A stretch of 64,000 nucleotides of DNA, from the NCBI GenBank assembly GCA_029256085.1, contig JAQSYP010000003.1, forward strand, positions 3,891 to 67,890. Reading direction: 5' to 3'. This document shows, piece after piece, positions 11,408 to 21,941 of this stretch. The translations under genes and the position numbers were made by a program. The stretch comes from Bacillales bacterium (GTDB lineage Bacteria > Bacillota > Bacilli > CAJFEE01). The first letter of the stretch is position 1. The number at the start of each line of letters is the position of its first letter. Under the pieces are notes generated by a model. That model was not told the DNA's origin and searched no databases. It worked only from the letters and a program-made list of their open reading frames with translations.

Positions 11408-12619
11408 TTATGTACTACCTTTTATGGGAAATCTGACAGTTGCGACAGTACCATTCCCTTTTTTGCTTTTAAAATCAATACTACCATTGTATTTATGAAC
11501 GATGTTATAACAAATTGTTAATCCTAATCCAGTTCCTTTGCTTTTTAATGAGTAAAAAGGGGTGCCAAGAGATTTCAACTCTTCATCAGTCATGCCATTT
11601 CCAGAATCAATTATGACTATTTCCATGTAATTATTATTCTGTTTAACATTCAGTGTGATTAACCCTCCAATTGGAGAAGCTTCAATTGCGTTTTTAATTA
11701 AATTAATTAGTAATTGTTTGAATTCGATTAAATTACAGTTAATCGTATAGTTATCTTCAAAAATTAAATTTAGGGTTATGTTATTTAGTAGCGCATAAGA
11801 ATTTATTAAGTCTACAACACTTTGTGTTGCTTCCTTGATATTAACTGATTGATTCTTAATATTTTCCTTAGGTCTTGATATTTCTAGGAAGTCTGAGATT
11901 ACTGTTTCAGCAATTTGTAGTTGTTCGAGCATAAGGGAGAAATGTTCATGTGTTCCATGAGTGGATTTTTGATTTTCTTGATAAAGTTGAATAAACCCTT
12001 TAACAACAGTAATTGGATTTCTTATTTCGTGTGCTACAGCTGCCGCTATTTGTCCAGATGATTTTACTCGCTCAGCTAGTTGGTTTTGTTCGTAATAGTA
12101 CTGTTGATTTAATATTCTAGTATAAGTTAGATAGAAAATTAAATAGAAAACAGCCTGGCTAGCTAGGAAGTTAATATAGTTCCCAAATATGTCCGTGTAA
12201 ATATAAGAATAATAAACTCCTTTGTCATAAACCCATACATATATAAAGAAGATTGTCATGATAAATATATTAATTCCAATTGAAAAATAAAATAAGTTCG
12301 GAATAAAGAAAAATATAGCAACGCATGGTATTAAACTAATAAGCATGAATGAGGAAAATATTTCTGGGTATAAAAACAATAAACTATAAAAATAAATTAT
12401 TGTTTCTATTACTATTATAATTTTTGATAGATTCGATTCACTTTTGGGATAAGTCCAGAGTGAGAAAGTTAATGATAAAACTAAAGTTAAATGAAACATG
12501 TACTCCTCAAAAGTATTTCGACCATATCCATAGATAAAACCCCAAAACATAATAATGATAATTATAGTTATTAAAATCCGATAAAATTTAAAGTCGGACT
12601 TACTATTAAAATCTTTCAT
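11408..12619 (-). CDS. Orphan membrane sensor histidine kinase (sporulation-kinase-like)
   Basis: Multiple N-terminal TM segments; AVAHEIRNPITVVKGF H-box, NLIKNAIEA, DSGNGM, PFYSLK.KGTGLGL. Confidence 0.88.
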   Translation of the reverse strand: MKDFNSKSDFKFYRILITIIIIIMFWGFIYGYGRNTFEEYMFHLTLVLSLTFSLWTYPKSESNLSKIIIVIETIIYFYSLLFLYPEIFSSFMLISLIPCVAIFFFIPNLFYFSIGINIFIMTIFFIYVWVYDKGVYYSYIYTDIFGNYINFLASQAVFYLIFYLTYTRILNQQYYYEQNQLAERVKSSGQIAAAVAHEIRNPITVVKGFIQLYQENQKSTHGTHEHFSLMLEQLQIAETVISDFLEISRPKENIKNQSVNIKEATQSVVDLINSYALLNNITLNLIFEDNYTINCNLIEFKQLLINLIKNAIEASPIGGLITLNVKQNNNYMEIVIIDSGNGMTDEELKSLGTPFYSLKSKGTGLGLTICYNIVHKYNGSIDFKSKKGNGTVATVRFPIKGST

Positions 12620-12825
12620 TGACCCCACCCTGACATATGGTTCGCATAGTTATAATTCATAGTTATGTATACGACATAAAATCCGCTTATCCTCTTTATT
12701 TCGATAAAAAAAACCTTCTACTAGAAAGTAGAAGGTTATATTCAATTTATTCCCACGGTCTTACTCAAAAAGTACAATGAGACCGCATGACCTATTTAAG
12801 GACCACTATGTAAAAAACGTTAATA

Positions 12826-12922
12826 TGGCGGGACTGCATGAGAATCGAACTCACCAGAGACAGCACGTGCCTCTCATACGGTTTTGAAGACCGCGGGGTG
12901 CACCAGCAACCCAATCAGCCCC
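12826..12922 (-). tRNA. selC: tRNA-Sec (anticodon UCA)
   Basis: GGGGCTGA...GGTTGC-TGGT-GCACCC..GGT-CTTCAAA-ACC..long variable arm..GTGAG-TTCGATT-CTCAT..GCCA; divergent from selB. Confidence 0.95.
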
Positions 12923-13019
12923 ATATAAAACATAGTATTTAATTTTCTCTTCGGGTTTATGATACACTAGAAGAAGTTTTGTATCAAGTTATAGAATTTT
13001 CCAAAGTAGGAGTGTTTTT

Positions 13020-14903
13020 ATGGAAAAAAAGTATTATACAATCGGTACAGCCGGTCATATAGATCACGGTAAAACGACCTTAATTAAAAATTTAACTAAT
13101 GTAGATACAGATAGGCTTAAGGAAGAAAAGGAAAGAAACATTTCAATAGAGCTTGGTTTCGCACCTCTGGATCTAGGGGACGATCTTCATGTATCTGTAA
13201 TAGATGTACCTGGTCATGAAAAGTTTATTAGGCAAATGATTTCTGGTGTTACAGGTATCGATTTAATGCTGCTAATCGTTGCTGCGGATGAAGGTGTAAT
13301 GCCACAAACACAAGAGCACTTAGAAATTTTAAGTTTACTCGAAGTTAAAAGAGGAATCGTAGTTATAACTAAAATTGATAAGGTTGATCAAGAACTAGTT
13401 GAAGTTGTTAAGGAAGAAATTAGAGACCAACTAGAAGGAACAATCTATTATGACAGTGAATTTGCATTGGTTGATAGCGTCAGTGGAAACGGATTAGATG
13501 CTTTAAAAAAATTAATAAAAACAGAATTACTTAAAGTTCAACCGAAACATCATACCGGGGCATTTCGAATGCCTGTCGATCAAGTATTTACGGTTAAAGG
13601 CCAAGGGACTGTCGTTAGAGGGACAGTTTATGAGGGTTCCATCTCACTAGGTGATACTATAACAGTCATGCCTGAAAATTTAAAAACGAAGGCAAGGCAA
13701 ATCCAAGTTTTCGGTAATCATGCAACTACTGTTGTTGCTGGGCAAAGGGCAGCAATAAATCTTGCAAATATAGAAAGAGATGAAATTGTTAGAGGTGACG
13801 TAATTGTTTCATCTGATGTGTATAAAGTTACAAAAACTATTGATGTTTCTTTGAAAATTGTTAAAGAAATTCAGCATCCTCTAAAGCAAAGATCGGAAAT
13901 TAAGGTACATATTGGAACATCGGGAGTAATGGGAAATGTGGTATTCTTTGATAGGAATGACGTTAAAGAATCAAATGATGAAATCTTGTGCCAACTACGA
14001 CTAGAGAATGAAATTGTTGCCAAAAGAGGTGACAGATTTATTGTTAGAAGGCCTTCCCCGGCAGAGACGGTTGGTGGTGGAGTTGTTGTTGATCCGAATG
14101 GTGATCGTTATAAGTTTGGTGAAAAAACGATAGAAATGCTTAAGTCGAAAAAGATAGGTTCACCTATTGAAAGAATGCAAACAATAATAGATATTAAAAC
14201 CCTTCTTTCTCAAAAGGATCTAATAACTTTCGCATCTGTTACTGAGCAAGAAATTTCACAATCAATAAATGATTGTGATTTAATAAAAATAGGGAATAGT
14301 TTAACTACCCCTGAGGTAATTTTAAGTCTAAAGAGATTAATTGTTGCGAACTTAAACTCATATCACAATATGTTCCCGCTAAGGTTAGGCTTAAACAAGG
14401 CAGAGTTGATACAAAATCTTACGAGTAGCTATGAAAAGTTGTTAATTGAATATGTAATTAATGACCTAATCAAAGACGCGACTTTAAAATTAAATGGACA
14501 ATTCGTCTCTATAGGAAGTTTTAAGCCTGAGTTACAAGGTAAATGGGCGAAAAGAATGGAACAAATACTAGTTAAACTAGAAAAGGACAGCTTCTTAGTA
14601 AAGCCATTTTCACATTATGTTACAGAGGAAAAGTTACCTGAAACTGAGGCGAAAGATTTTTATCATTTCTTAATTAGTGAAGGGCATGCTTATATTTTAG
14701 ATCCAATACATCTTATATCTACAAAAGCATTAAATGGCGCTTTAAAAAAGATGAAAGATGCAACTGGAGACAGCTTCGATTTACAAGTTGCAAAAGAAGT
14801 GTTAGGTATTTCTAGGAAATATTTAGTTCCCCTTATAGAACTATTTGATAAAATTGGACAAACGAAAAGAGTTGAAAATAGTAGATTCTGGTTAAATAAA
14901 TAA
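13020..14903 (+). CDS. selB: Selenocysteine-specific elongation factor
   Basis: [38 protein letters not shown]-terminal winged helix [13 protein letters not shown]. Confidence 0.96.
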   Translation: MEKKYYTIGTAGHIDHGKTTLIKNLTNVDTDRLKEEKERNISIELGFAPLDLGDDLHVSVIDVPGHEKFIRQMISGVTGIDLMLLIVAADEGVMPQTQEHLEILSLLEVKRGIVVITKIDKVDQELVEVVKEEIRDQLEGTIYYDSEFALVDSVSGNGLDALKKLIKTELLKVQPKHHTGAFRMPVDQVFTVKGQGTVVRGTVYEGSISLGDTITVMPENLKTKARQIQVFGNHATTVVAGQRAAINLANIERDEIVRGDVIVSSDVYKVTKTIDVSLKIVKEIQHPLKQRSEIKVHIGTSGVMGNVVFFDRNDVKESNDEILCQLRLENEIVAKRGDRFIVRRPSPAETVGGGVVVDPNGDRYKFGEKTIEMLKSKKIGSPIERMQTIIDIKTLLSQKDLITFASVTEQEISQSINDCDLIKIGNSLTTPEVILSLKRLIVANLNSYHNMFPLRLGLNKAELIQNLTSSYEKLLIEYVINDLIKDATLKLNGQFVSIGSFKPELQGKWAKRMEQILVKLEKDSFLVKPFSHYVTEEKLPETEAKDFYHFLISEGHAYILDPIHLISTKALNGALKKMKDATGDSFDLQVAKEVLGISRKYLVPLIELFDKIGQTKRVENSRFWLNK

Positions 14904-15113
14904 GTATTATGTAGCAAAATAAAATAAAATATCTGTGTAAATGTATTGTAAATTTGTCATAGTAGTGATAAAATCGTCATAGAATAGTCACAAAATAGAA
15001 ATATTTTGGAAATAATTTCATAACGATTTTGTCACTATTTTTATTTTTGGGGTTTAATAAAAACCTCTAACCCCTGGCCAGGTAAATGGACAGGTTTATA
15101 TTTTGGAATAAAT

Positions 15114-15127
15114 TGTAAGCGATTTCT
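15114..15127. promoter_or_regulatory. Putative CcpA cre site upstream of fdhD
   Basis: TGTAAGCGATTTCT vs consensus TGWNANCGNTNWCA (1 mismatch). Confidence 0.5.
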
Positions 15128-15148
15128 TAAACTTCAGGAGTGATACTT

Positions 15149-15877
15149 TTGATCAAAAAAGGATGTCCAGAAGAATACCCAATAACCTTGCATCTGAACA
15201 ACAATGAGATAGCTACTTTTCAGCTAACGAACAACGATCTAGAAGACTGGGCATACGGGTACCTCTTTTCCGAAGGGTTTATTACAACGAAGAGTGACAT
15301 TAGTCATATTCAACTAGATCAGGAAAAGGGCATAATTAAAGTTGAGTTAGAAAAAGGCTTTGACTCTGATGTTTTTTTCGATAAGAAAAAGCATTACACA
15401 GCTGGTTGTGGAAGAGGGGTAACCTTTTTCTCAATGACTGATGTTAAGGGTTTTAATAAAGCGGAAACATATTTTCAAATATCTAAACAATTTCTACTAA
15501 AGAAGATTCACGAATTCTCACTATCATGTCAGATGTATCTTGAAACAGGGGGAATGCACGGTGCATGTATACTTCACAAAGACGGTGACATCATCGTTAG
15601 GGAAGATATCGGTCGTCATAACGCTGTTGATAAAGTTATAGGGTATGCAGTGAGAAATAATCTCGATCCCAAGGGATTAATATTGTTAACTACTGGAAGA
15701 ATTTCCTATGAAATGCTTTCTAAAGCAGCTAAGTTTGGTTTTAGTGTTGTTGGATCTAGAACAGCTGCAACGATGCAAGCTGTGCAACTAGCTCGAGTCC
15801 TTAATATAGAAGTCATTGGTTACATTAGAGGTAGGATGTCTACTATTTATACAGATTTTAATAGAGTAGTAGATTAA
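15149..15877 (+). CDS. fdhD: Formate dehydrogenase accessory sulfurtransferase
   Basis: GYLFSEG, TGGMHG, EDIGRHNAVDKVIG, TGRISYEM; start GTG 15140 or TTG 15149. Confidence 0.92.
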   Translation: MIKKGCPEEYPITLHLNNNEIATFQLTNNDLEDWAYGYLFSEGFITTKSDISHIQLDQEKGIIKVELEKGFDSDVFFDKKKHYTAGCGRGVTFFSMTDVKGFNKAETYFQISKQFLLKKIHEFSLSCQMYLETGGMHGACILHKDGDIIVREDIGRHNAVDKVIGYAVRNNLDPKGLILLTTGRISYEMLSKAAKFGFSVVGSRTAATMQAVQLARVLNIEVIGYIRGRMSTIYTDFNRVVD

Positions 15878-15953
15878 TAATTTGGTAACTCCTCTTATTT
15901 CTAGGAGTTCATATATAAACACAAAATTGATTATTTAAAGGAGGGGAAATGGG

Positions 15954-18926
15954 ATGAATGTAAGTCGTAGACAGTTTTTGAAATTGTCAGGTGCTACTGC
16001 AGCAACTTTAGCTTTAGTTGAATTAGGTTTCAACGAAAATGAAGTTAAAGCAAAATCGAAAGATTTTAAAATAGCTGAGTTAAAACCTACTCCGACAATT
16101 TGTCCTTACTGTTCTGTTGGTTGCGGTATTTTAGTTTATGCAACAGATAATGATGTTGTATACACTGAAGGGGACCCAGATCATCCGATTAACCAAGGTA
16201 GCCTTTGTAGTAAAGGAACTTCAATTCGCCAATTATATACTTCTGAAAAGCGTATGTTGAAGCCTTTATATCGTGCACCTGGAAGTAGCAAGTGGGAAGA
16301 AAAAGAATGGGGTTGGATGTTAGATAAAATCGCTGAGAGAGTTAAAGAATCTCGTGATAACTCATTCCAAATCGCTAAAGATGGTATTACAGTTAACCGT
16401 ACTGAAGCAATTGCATCACTAGGTGGAGCTGCTTTAGATAACGAAGAAACATATGTTATTCAAAAGTTGATGCGTGGGTTAGGTTTAACCTACATCGAGC
16501 ATCAAGCCCGAATATGACACAGTCCAACGGTTGCCGGTCTGGCGCCTACATTTGGTCGTGGAGCAATGACCAACCACTGGAATGACCTCCAGTATACTGA
16601 TTGCGCTCTAATTATGGGTGGAAACCCTGCTGAGAATCATCCAATAAGCTTTAAATATCTATTAAAAGCTAAACAAAATGGTGGGAAAATTGTATCAGTT
16701 GACCCACGTTTCACAAGATCGTCATCACAAGCAGATGTATACGCTCCGCTACGTTCAGGAACTGACATCGCGTTTCTTGGTGGTATGATAAATTACGCAA
16801 TTCAAAACGACATGATTCATAAAGATTATGTTGTTAGTTACACGAACGCTTCATTTATCGTTGAAGATACCTTCTCATATGAAGATGGTTTATTCAGCGG
16901 ATATGACGCAGAAAAACGTAAATATGATCAAAAACAATGGAAATATAAGACTGACGCTGAAGGAAAGACTGTTGTAGATAAAACTTTACAAAACCCTCGT
17001 TGCGTATATCAATTAATGAAGAAACATTTTGAAAGATATACAGTTGAAAAGGTATGTGAAGTTACAGGTACTCCTCAAGATAAATATATAGAAGTTGCTA
17101 AGACATTCTGTGCTACTGCTGACCCTAAGAAGGCGGGAACAATAATGTATGCAATGGGTACAACTCAGCATACAGTAGGAACACAAAATGTTCGTTCATT
17201 TGCTATCTTACAATTACTATTAGGAAATATTGGTGTTCCTGGTGGTGGTGTTCAAGCATTACGTGGAGAATCAAACGTTCAAGGTTCAACTGACTTTGGT
17301 TTATTATTCGGTAACTTAACAGGTTATATAGAAGTTCCACAAGCTGTTGCTGAGCAAGCTAGCTTAGAGAAGTTTTTAGGGGTTGTTACTCCAAAATTAG
17401 GATACTGGGTTAATAAGCCTAAGTTCCTTGTAAGTTTCTTAAAAGCAATGTATGGCAAGAGTGCTACTAAAGATAACGAATTTGGGTTCCAATTCTTACC
17501 TAAAATTGATCCTAAAGATTACTCACATATAGCACTATTTGAAAATATGTATGCTGGAAATCTTGATGGAGCGTTCTTATGGGGAACAAACCCAGTAGTT
17601 GGTGGACCTAACGCTTTAGTTGAAAAACAAGCTCTAGGTAAATTAAAGTGGATGGTAGCAGTTGACTTATGGGAAACTGAATCATCTTCATTCTGGCAAA
17701 AGGAAGCAGGAAGCAATCCAGAAGATATTCAAACTGAAGTATTCTTCTTACCTGCTTGTAGCTCATATGAAAAAGAAGGAACTGTTTCAAACTCTGGTCG
17801 TTGGATGCAATATCGTTGGCAAGCAATTAAGCCAAAGGGTGACTCAAAGGCTGATTTAGAAATCGTTCACATGTTAGCTCGTCGTTTAAAAGAAGCTTAC
17901 AAAGGTAGCACTAAGCCAGAAGATAAGCCTTTCCAAGCGATGACTTGGGAATTTGGTGAACATGATCATCCGGATATCGATTTAGTTGCTAAAGAAATTA
18001 ATGGTTACGATACAGTAACTGGTAAACTTGTTGCTAAATTCCCTGATCTAAAAGATGATGGAACTACTAGTAGTGGTAACTGGATTTATTGTGGATTCTA
18101 TCCTGAAGAAGGTAAGAACTTATCACAACGCCGTGACAATAAAGATACGGGTATGAGTAACTTCCTAAACTGGTCGTTCTCATGGCCAGTAAACCGTCGT
18201 ATTCTATACAACCGTGCTTCATGTGACCCTTCTGGTAAGCCATATAATGAGAAAAATGCAATTATATGGTGGGATGAGTCAGCAAAAGCTTGGGGCGGTT
18301 ATGATGTTCCTGACTTTAACAAACTTTTAGCTCCTTCAGATGAAGGTGGAGCAACTGCGTTTATGATGACTGGAACTACTAAGGGTAACTTATTTGCTCC
18401 TCGTAACGAAGGTCCGTTCCCTGAGCACTATGAGCCATTTGAAAGCCCAGTTCAGAACGCATTCTCGTCTCAACAAATTAATCCTGCTATTAAGATTTGG
18501 GATGGGGATCACAATCCTCGTGGAAACTCTGAGAAGTTCCCAATCGTAGCAACGACTTACCGTATGTCTGAGCACTGGCAATCAGGGGCAATGACACGTA
18601 ATACACCTTGGTTAGCTGAGCTTGTACCTCATATGTTAATTGAGATAAGTGAAGAATTAGCTAAGGATAAGGGAATAAAAGATAAGGATAAAGTTAAAAT
18701 ATCATCTGCACGTGGTGAAATTGAAGCATATGCAGTAGTTACTAAACGCTTTAAGCCTTATACGATACTAGGTAAAACAGTTCATCAAATCGGTATGATT
18801 TGGCATTTTGGTTACAAAGGTATTGTAACAGGTGCTTCGGCTAACAATTTAACTCCACACATTGGAGATGCGAACACAAATATTCCAGAATACAAAGCAT
18901 TCCTTTGTGATGTTAGGAGGGCGTAG
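15954..18926 (+). CDS. fdnG: Formate dehydrogenase-N alpha subunit, selenocysteine-containing (Sec188), Tat-exported; 990 aa
   Basis: Track ORFs 15954-16517 and 16566-18926 are one frame joined through TGA 16515: HQARI-U-HSPTVAGLAPTFGRGAMTN; SRRQFLK Tat motif; CPYCSVGC...C Fe-S motif; LRGESNVQG. Confidence 0.95.
16529..16546 (+). promoter_or_regulatory. Bacterial SECIS element
   Basis: GGTTGCCGGTCTGGCGCC hairpin with bulged U and GU-containing loop, starting 11 nt after the UGA; closely resembles the E. coli fdhF/fdnG SECIS. Confidence 0.85.
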
Positions 18927-18928
18927 TC

Positions 18929-19732
18929 GTGGAAAAGATGATTAAATTCGTAGACGTAACTTTATGCGACGGTTGTCGTGGTTGTATGGTAGCTTGTAAA
19001 AACTGGAACGATCTTCCGATTGAAATTGAAGAATTTCACGGAGTTCAGTCTCATGCTAATGTAACAGCTAACACTTGGAACGTTATAACTTACACTGAAG
19101 TTGAACGTAAAGATGGTGGACTTGATTGGTTATTCCGTCATGCTTCATGTCTACACTGTAAAGAAGCTAGCTGTGAGAAAGTATGTTCAGAAGATGCAAT
19201 TTCACACAGTAAGTATGATACAGTAGTAGTTGACGAAGATAAGTGTGTAGGTTGTGGATATTGCGTTGAGTACTGTCCATTTGATGTAATTCAACTTAAG
19301 ACGCTTAAAGATGGTCTTGTTGAGAAGAGAAAAGCATACAAGTGTACTATGTGTATTGACCGTTTAGACCAAGGCTTACAACCAGCTTGTGCTACAGCAT
19401 GTCACGCAGGTTCAATTGTATATGGTAATAAGGAAGAGTTATTAGCTAAAGCTGAAACTCGTTTACAAGATGTTAAGGATCGTTTCCCTAACGCTAACAT
19501 CTATAATCCAAAAGGGGTTGGTGGTACTAACACAGTTTATCTATTAGCAGATAAGCCAAGTGTATATGGATTACCAGAAAGCCCTAAAGTTCCAACATCA
19601 GCTGTGGTGTGGAAAGATTATGCTCAACCACTTGGGAAAGCATTATTAGGTGTTACAACAATGGCAGTAGTAGGTGCTGCGATCTCTAACGCAATCAATA
19701 ATAAAGGTGATGGAGGTCATGGCCATGAGTAA
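18929..19732 (+). CDS. fdnH: Formate dehydrogenase Fe-S beta subunit
   Basis: Four CxxCxxC-type clusters; C-terminal TM anchor; PKGVGGT motif. Confidence 0.92.
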   Translation: MEKMIKFVDVTLCDGCRGCMVACKNWNDLPIEIEEFHGVQSHANVTANTWNVITYTEVERKDGGLDWLFRHASCLHCKEASCEKVCSEDAISHSKYDTVVVDEDKCVGCGYCVEYCPFDVIQLKTLKDGLVEKRKAYKCTMCIDRLDQGLQPACATACHAGSIVYGNKEELLAKAETRLQDVKDRFPNANIYNPKGVGGTNTVYLLADKPSVYGLPESPKVPTSAVVWKDYAQPLGKALLGVTTMAVVGAAISNAINNKGDGGHGHE

Positions 19733-20396
19733 ACAAGTAAAACGTTTTTCTAAACCGGTTATTTTAGCTCACTGGTTAAATGCCTTCACATTTATGTTAT
19801 TGTATTTTACAGGATTACCATTATATTCAGAATGGTTTGATTGGGTTTACGTATTATTTGGTGGACCAGAAAATGCTAGATTTGTACATCATTATGGTGG
19901 TTTAGTATTTATTTTACCAACTGTGTTCATCTTATTAGTAGATGCTAAAAGTTTCACTCACTGGATGAAACAAATCTTCAGTTGGAAAGCACATGACTTT
20001 GCATTCTTTAAAGGTTTCGCTAAAGAATTCTTTGGTCTTCATGCTGATATTCCGAAGCAAGATTTCTATAATGCTGGTGAAAAGATTAACTCGTTATTAC
20101 AAGTATTCACTGCATTCTTACTAATCGTTTCAGGATTATTAATGTGGTTTGCAGATTTCTTTACTACAACTCTAGGCTTCTCACAATCAATTATTCTGCT
20201 TGCATACCCAATGCACTCAATCGCATTCGGTTTATCAGTTGCTGTAGTAGTTGGTCACGTTTACCTATCTATCGGACATCCGAATTCAAGACCATCAATG
20301 CAAGGTATCCTTAAGGGTTATATCTCTGAAGATTACGCTAAGGCTCACCATGGTAAGTGGTATGACGAGGAAGTTAAAGATAATTTAAAAATGTAA
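19725..20396 (+). CDS. fdnI: Formate dehydrogenase cytochrome b gamma subunit
   Basis: HW.NA, HH, YNAGEK, GHVY, AKAHHGKWY; start at ATG 19725 after GGAGGT. Confidence 0.9.
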   Translation: MSKQVKRFSKPVILAHWLNAFTFMLLYFTGLPLYSEWFDWVYVLFGGPENARFVHHYGGLVFILPTVFILLVDAKSFTHWMKQIFSWKAHDFAFFKGFAKEFFGLHADIPKQDFYNAGEKINSLLQVFTAFLLIVSGLLMWFADFFTTTLGFSQSIILLAYPMHSIAFGLSVAVVVGHVYLSIGHPNSRPSMQGILKGYISEDYAKAHHGKWYDEEVKDNLKM

Positions 20397-20408
20397 TTAA
20401 GTTTTTTT

Positions 20409-20445
20409 GAAGGAATGGCTACACTGGTGGTAGCCTTCCTTTATT
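20409..20445 (+). terminator. Hairpin/terminator after fdnI
   Basis: AAGGAA.GGCTAC...GTAGCCTTCCTT followed by T-rich tail. Confidence 0.6.
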
Positions 20446-20487
20446 TAACTAAAAATCCTATTGTTTCTAATTAGCGAGGTGCAAAAA

Positions 20488-21285
20488 ATGGGTCAACAAA
20501 ATGTTGTATCAAAAGAATACCAAGAGCTTCAAGAACAGTTAAACTCATGGCATAAGAATTGGTCAGAAAAGGTAAATGCAGAAGACATAACTAAGTCTTC
20601 CCCAAAAATTAGCAATGACCTACCAATCTTGAGTCAAATAGAAGTAAATATTAATGAAGAAATATTATCAGAAATGTTTGCTGACTTAATTTTACTTTTA
20701 AATGAGATAACACCGAATTTAAAGTCTTCACTTGTAAAAGTGGAAAATATAAAGAGCGAAGAGTTAAAAAAATGGTTTGAAGAATCTGTGCGTTCTAATA
20801 ATCTATACTTTGAGAAATATGCTGAAGAAAATGAACTTGAGTCATGGATACCCCAATTTTTAGCAGAACATTTAATTCGCCCGTTTTTACACGTGATGAG
20901 TAAACAATTTGAAGACAAGCTTGAAGGAATTAATAACGGTATAGGATGTAAATTTTGTGGTGAACCAGTACGCCTAGCTAAACAAGGAGAGAACGGGAAA
21001 AAGGTAGTTGTATGTCCACGATGTGAGGCGTCATGGGAACACAAGAAGCTAGAGTGTGCTATTTGCGGTAACGATGACCACAAGGAGCTTACAATTATCA
21101 AAATAGATGATGATACTACGGCTCAAATTCAAGCATGTAAAAAGTGTAATGGATACCTAAAATTTGTAGAAGCAAGAAACTTATTTAGAAACCATTCACC
21201 TGAAATAGTTGACCTATTAACTATTCACTACGATTATGTAGCTCAGGAAAAGGGATATGGCGAAAGTATAGAGCAAAAAAACTAA
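20488..21285 (+). CDS. fdhE: Formate dehydrogenase maturation protein
   Basis: Four CxxC motifs (CKFC, CPRC, CAIC, CKKC), GYLK, DLLT.HYD..A...GY. Confidence 0.88.
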   Translation: MGQQNVVSKEYQELQEQLNSWHKNWSEKVNAEDITKSSPKISNDLPILSQIEVNINEEILSEMFADLILLLNEITPNLKSSLVKVENIKSEELKKWFEESVRSNNLYFEKYAEENELESWIPQFLAEHLIRPFLHVMSKQFEDKLEGINNGIGCKFCGEPVRLAKQGENGKKVVVCPRCEASWEHKKLECAICGNDDHKELTIIKIDDDTTAQIQACKKCNGYLKFVEARNLFRNHSPEIVDLLTIHYDYVAQEKGYGESIEQKN

Positions 21286-21293
21286 GGTGTAGC

Positions 21294-21908
21294 ATGGATA
21301 AACTTAATATATCTAATATAATCTTAGCTGGCGGTCTCTCGTCAAGAATGGGAACAAATAAGGCAGAATTAAAAATTGGTGAACACACTGTTATTGAACG
21401 TATAATAAAAGAATTTGAACCACCTACTAACGAATCAATTATCGTTACAAATAATCCAAATTGCTATAATTCGTTTAATTGGAAATGTGTTAGCGATATT
21501 TACTTTCAAAAAGGTCCACTAGGTGGAATACATGCAGGACTGTTAAGTAGCACAAATGAAATTAATTTTGTTATATCGTGTGATATGCCTTTTCCAAATG
21601 CTAAACTTCTAACAAAAATGCTTGAACATATACACTATAACGATATAGTAGTTCCAGTAATAAATGAAAAGTTACACCCCTTATTTGGGTTGTACAAGAA
21701 GTCAATACTAACTGAATTGATTGATTGCTTGGAGCAAGATAATCTCCGTGTTAGAAAATTGTATGAGAAGTTAAGCACGTATTATATTACTGAGAAGGAA
21801 TTATATACTAAGAGTGAGTTAGAAAAAGGTATATATGAGATAGATTTTTTTAATATGAACACTATGAATGATTATTCAAAAGCAAAAAGCTTGTATAGTG
21901 AGTTTTGA
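21294..21908 (+). CDS. mobA: Molybdenum cofactor guanylyltransferase
   Basis: ILAGGLSSRMGTNKA, GPLGGI, CDMPF, FFNMNT. Confidence 0.92.
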   Translation: MDKLNISNIILAGGLSSRMGTNKAELKIGEHTVIERIIKEFEPPTNESIIVTNNPNCYNSFNWKCVSDIYFQKGPLGGIHAGLLSSTNEINFVISCDMPFPNAKLLTKMLEHIHYNDIVVPVINEKLHPLFGLYKKSILTELIDCLEQDNLRVRKLYEKLSTYYITEKELYTKSELEKGIYEIDFFNMNTMNDYSKAKSLYSEF

Positions 21909-21941
21909 TGCCGCTAAGTATTGAAAGAAGGAAACATATAT

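Noticed and set aside
12700..12830. Prophage/ICE integrated at selC
   Set aside because: No integrase and no duplicated tRNA 3' end seen in the window
15049..15110. Moco/Tuco riboswitch upstream of fdhD
   Set aside because: Only loose hairpins; the characteristic multi-stem layout and RBS-pairing 3' end were not recognisable
15954..18926. fdnG as a pseudogene or two separate genes
   Set aside because: The break is a single in-frame UGA at the catalytic Sec position, with a SECIS and selA/B/C nearby
21906..21917. Possible Sec read-through at the mobA stop (TGA TGC CGC TAA)
   Set aside because: No SECIS-like hairpin downstream and MobA is already full length
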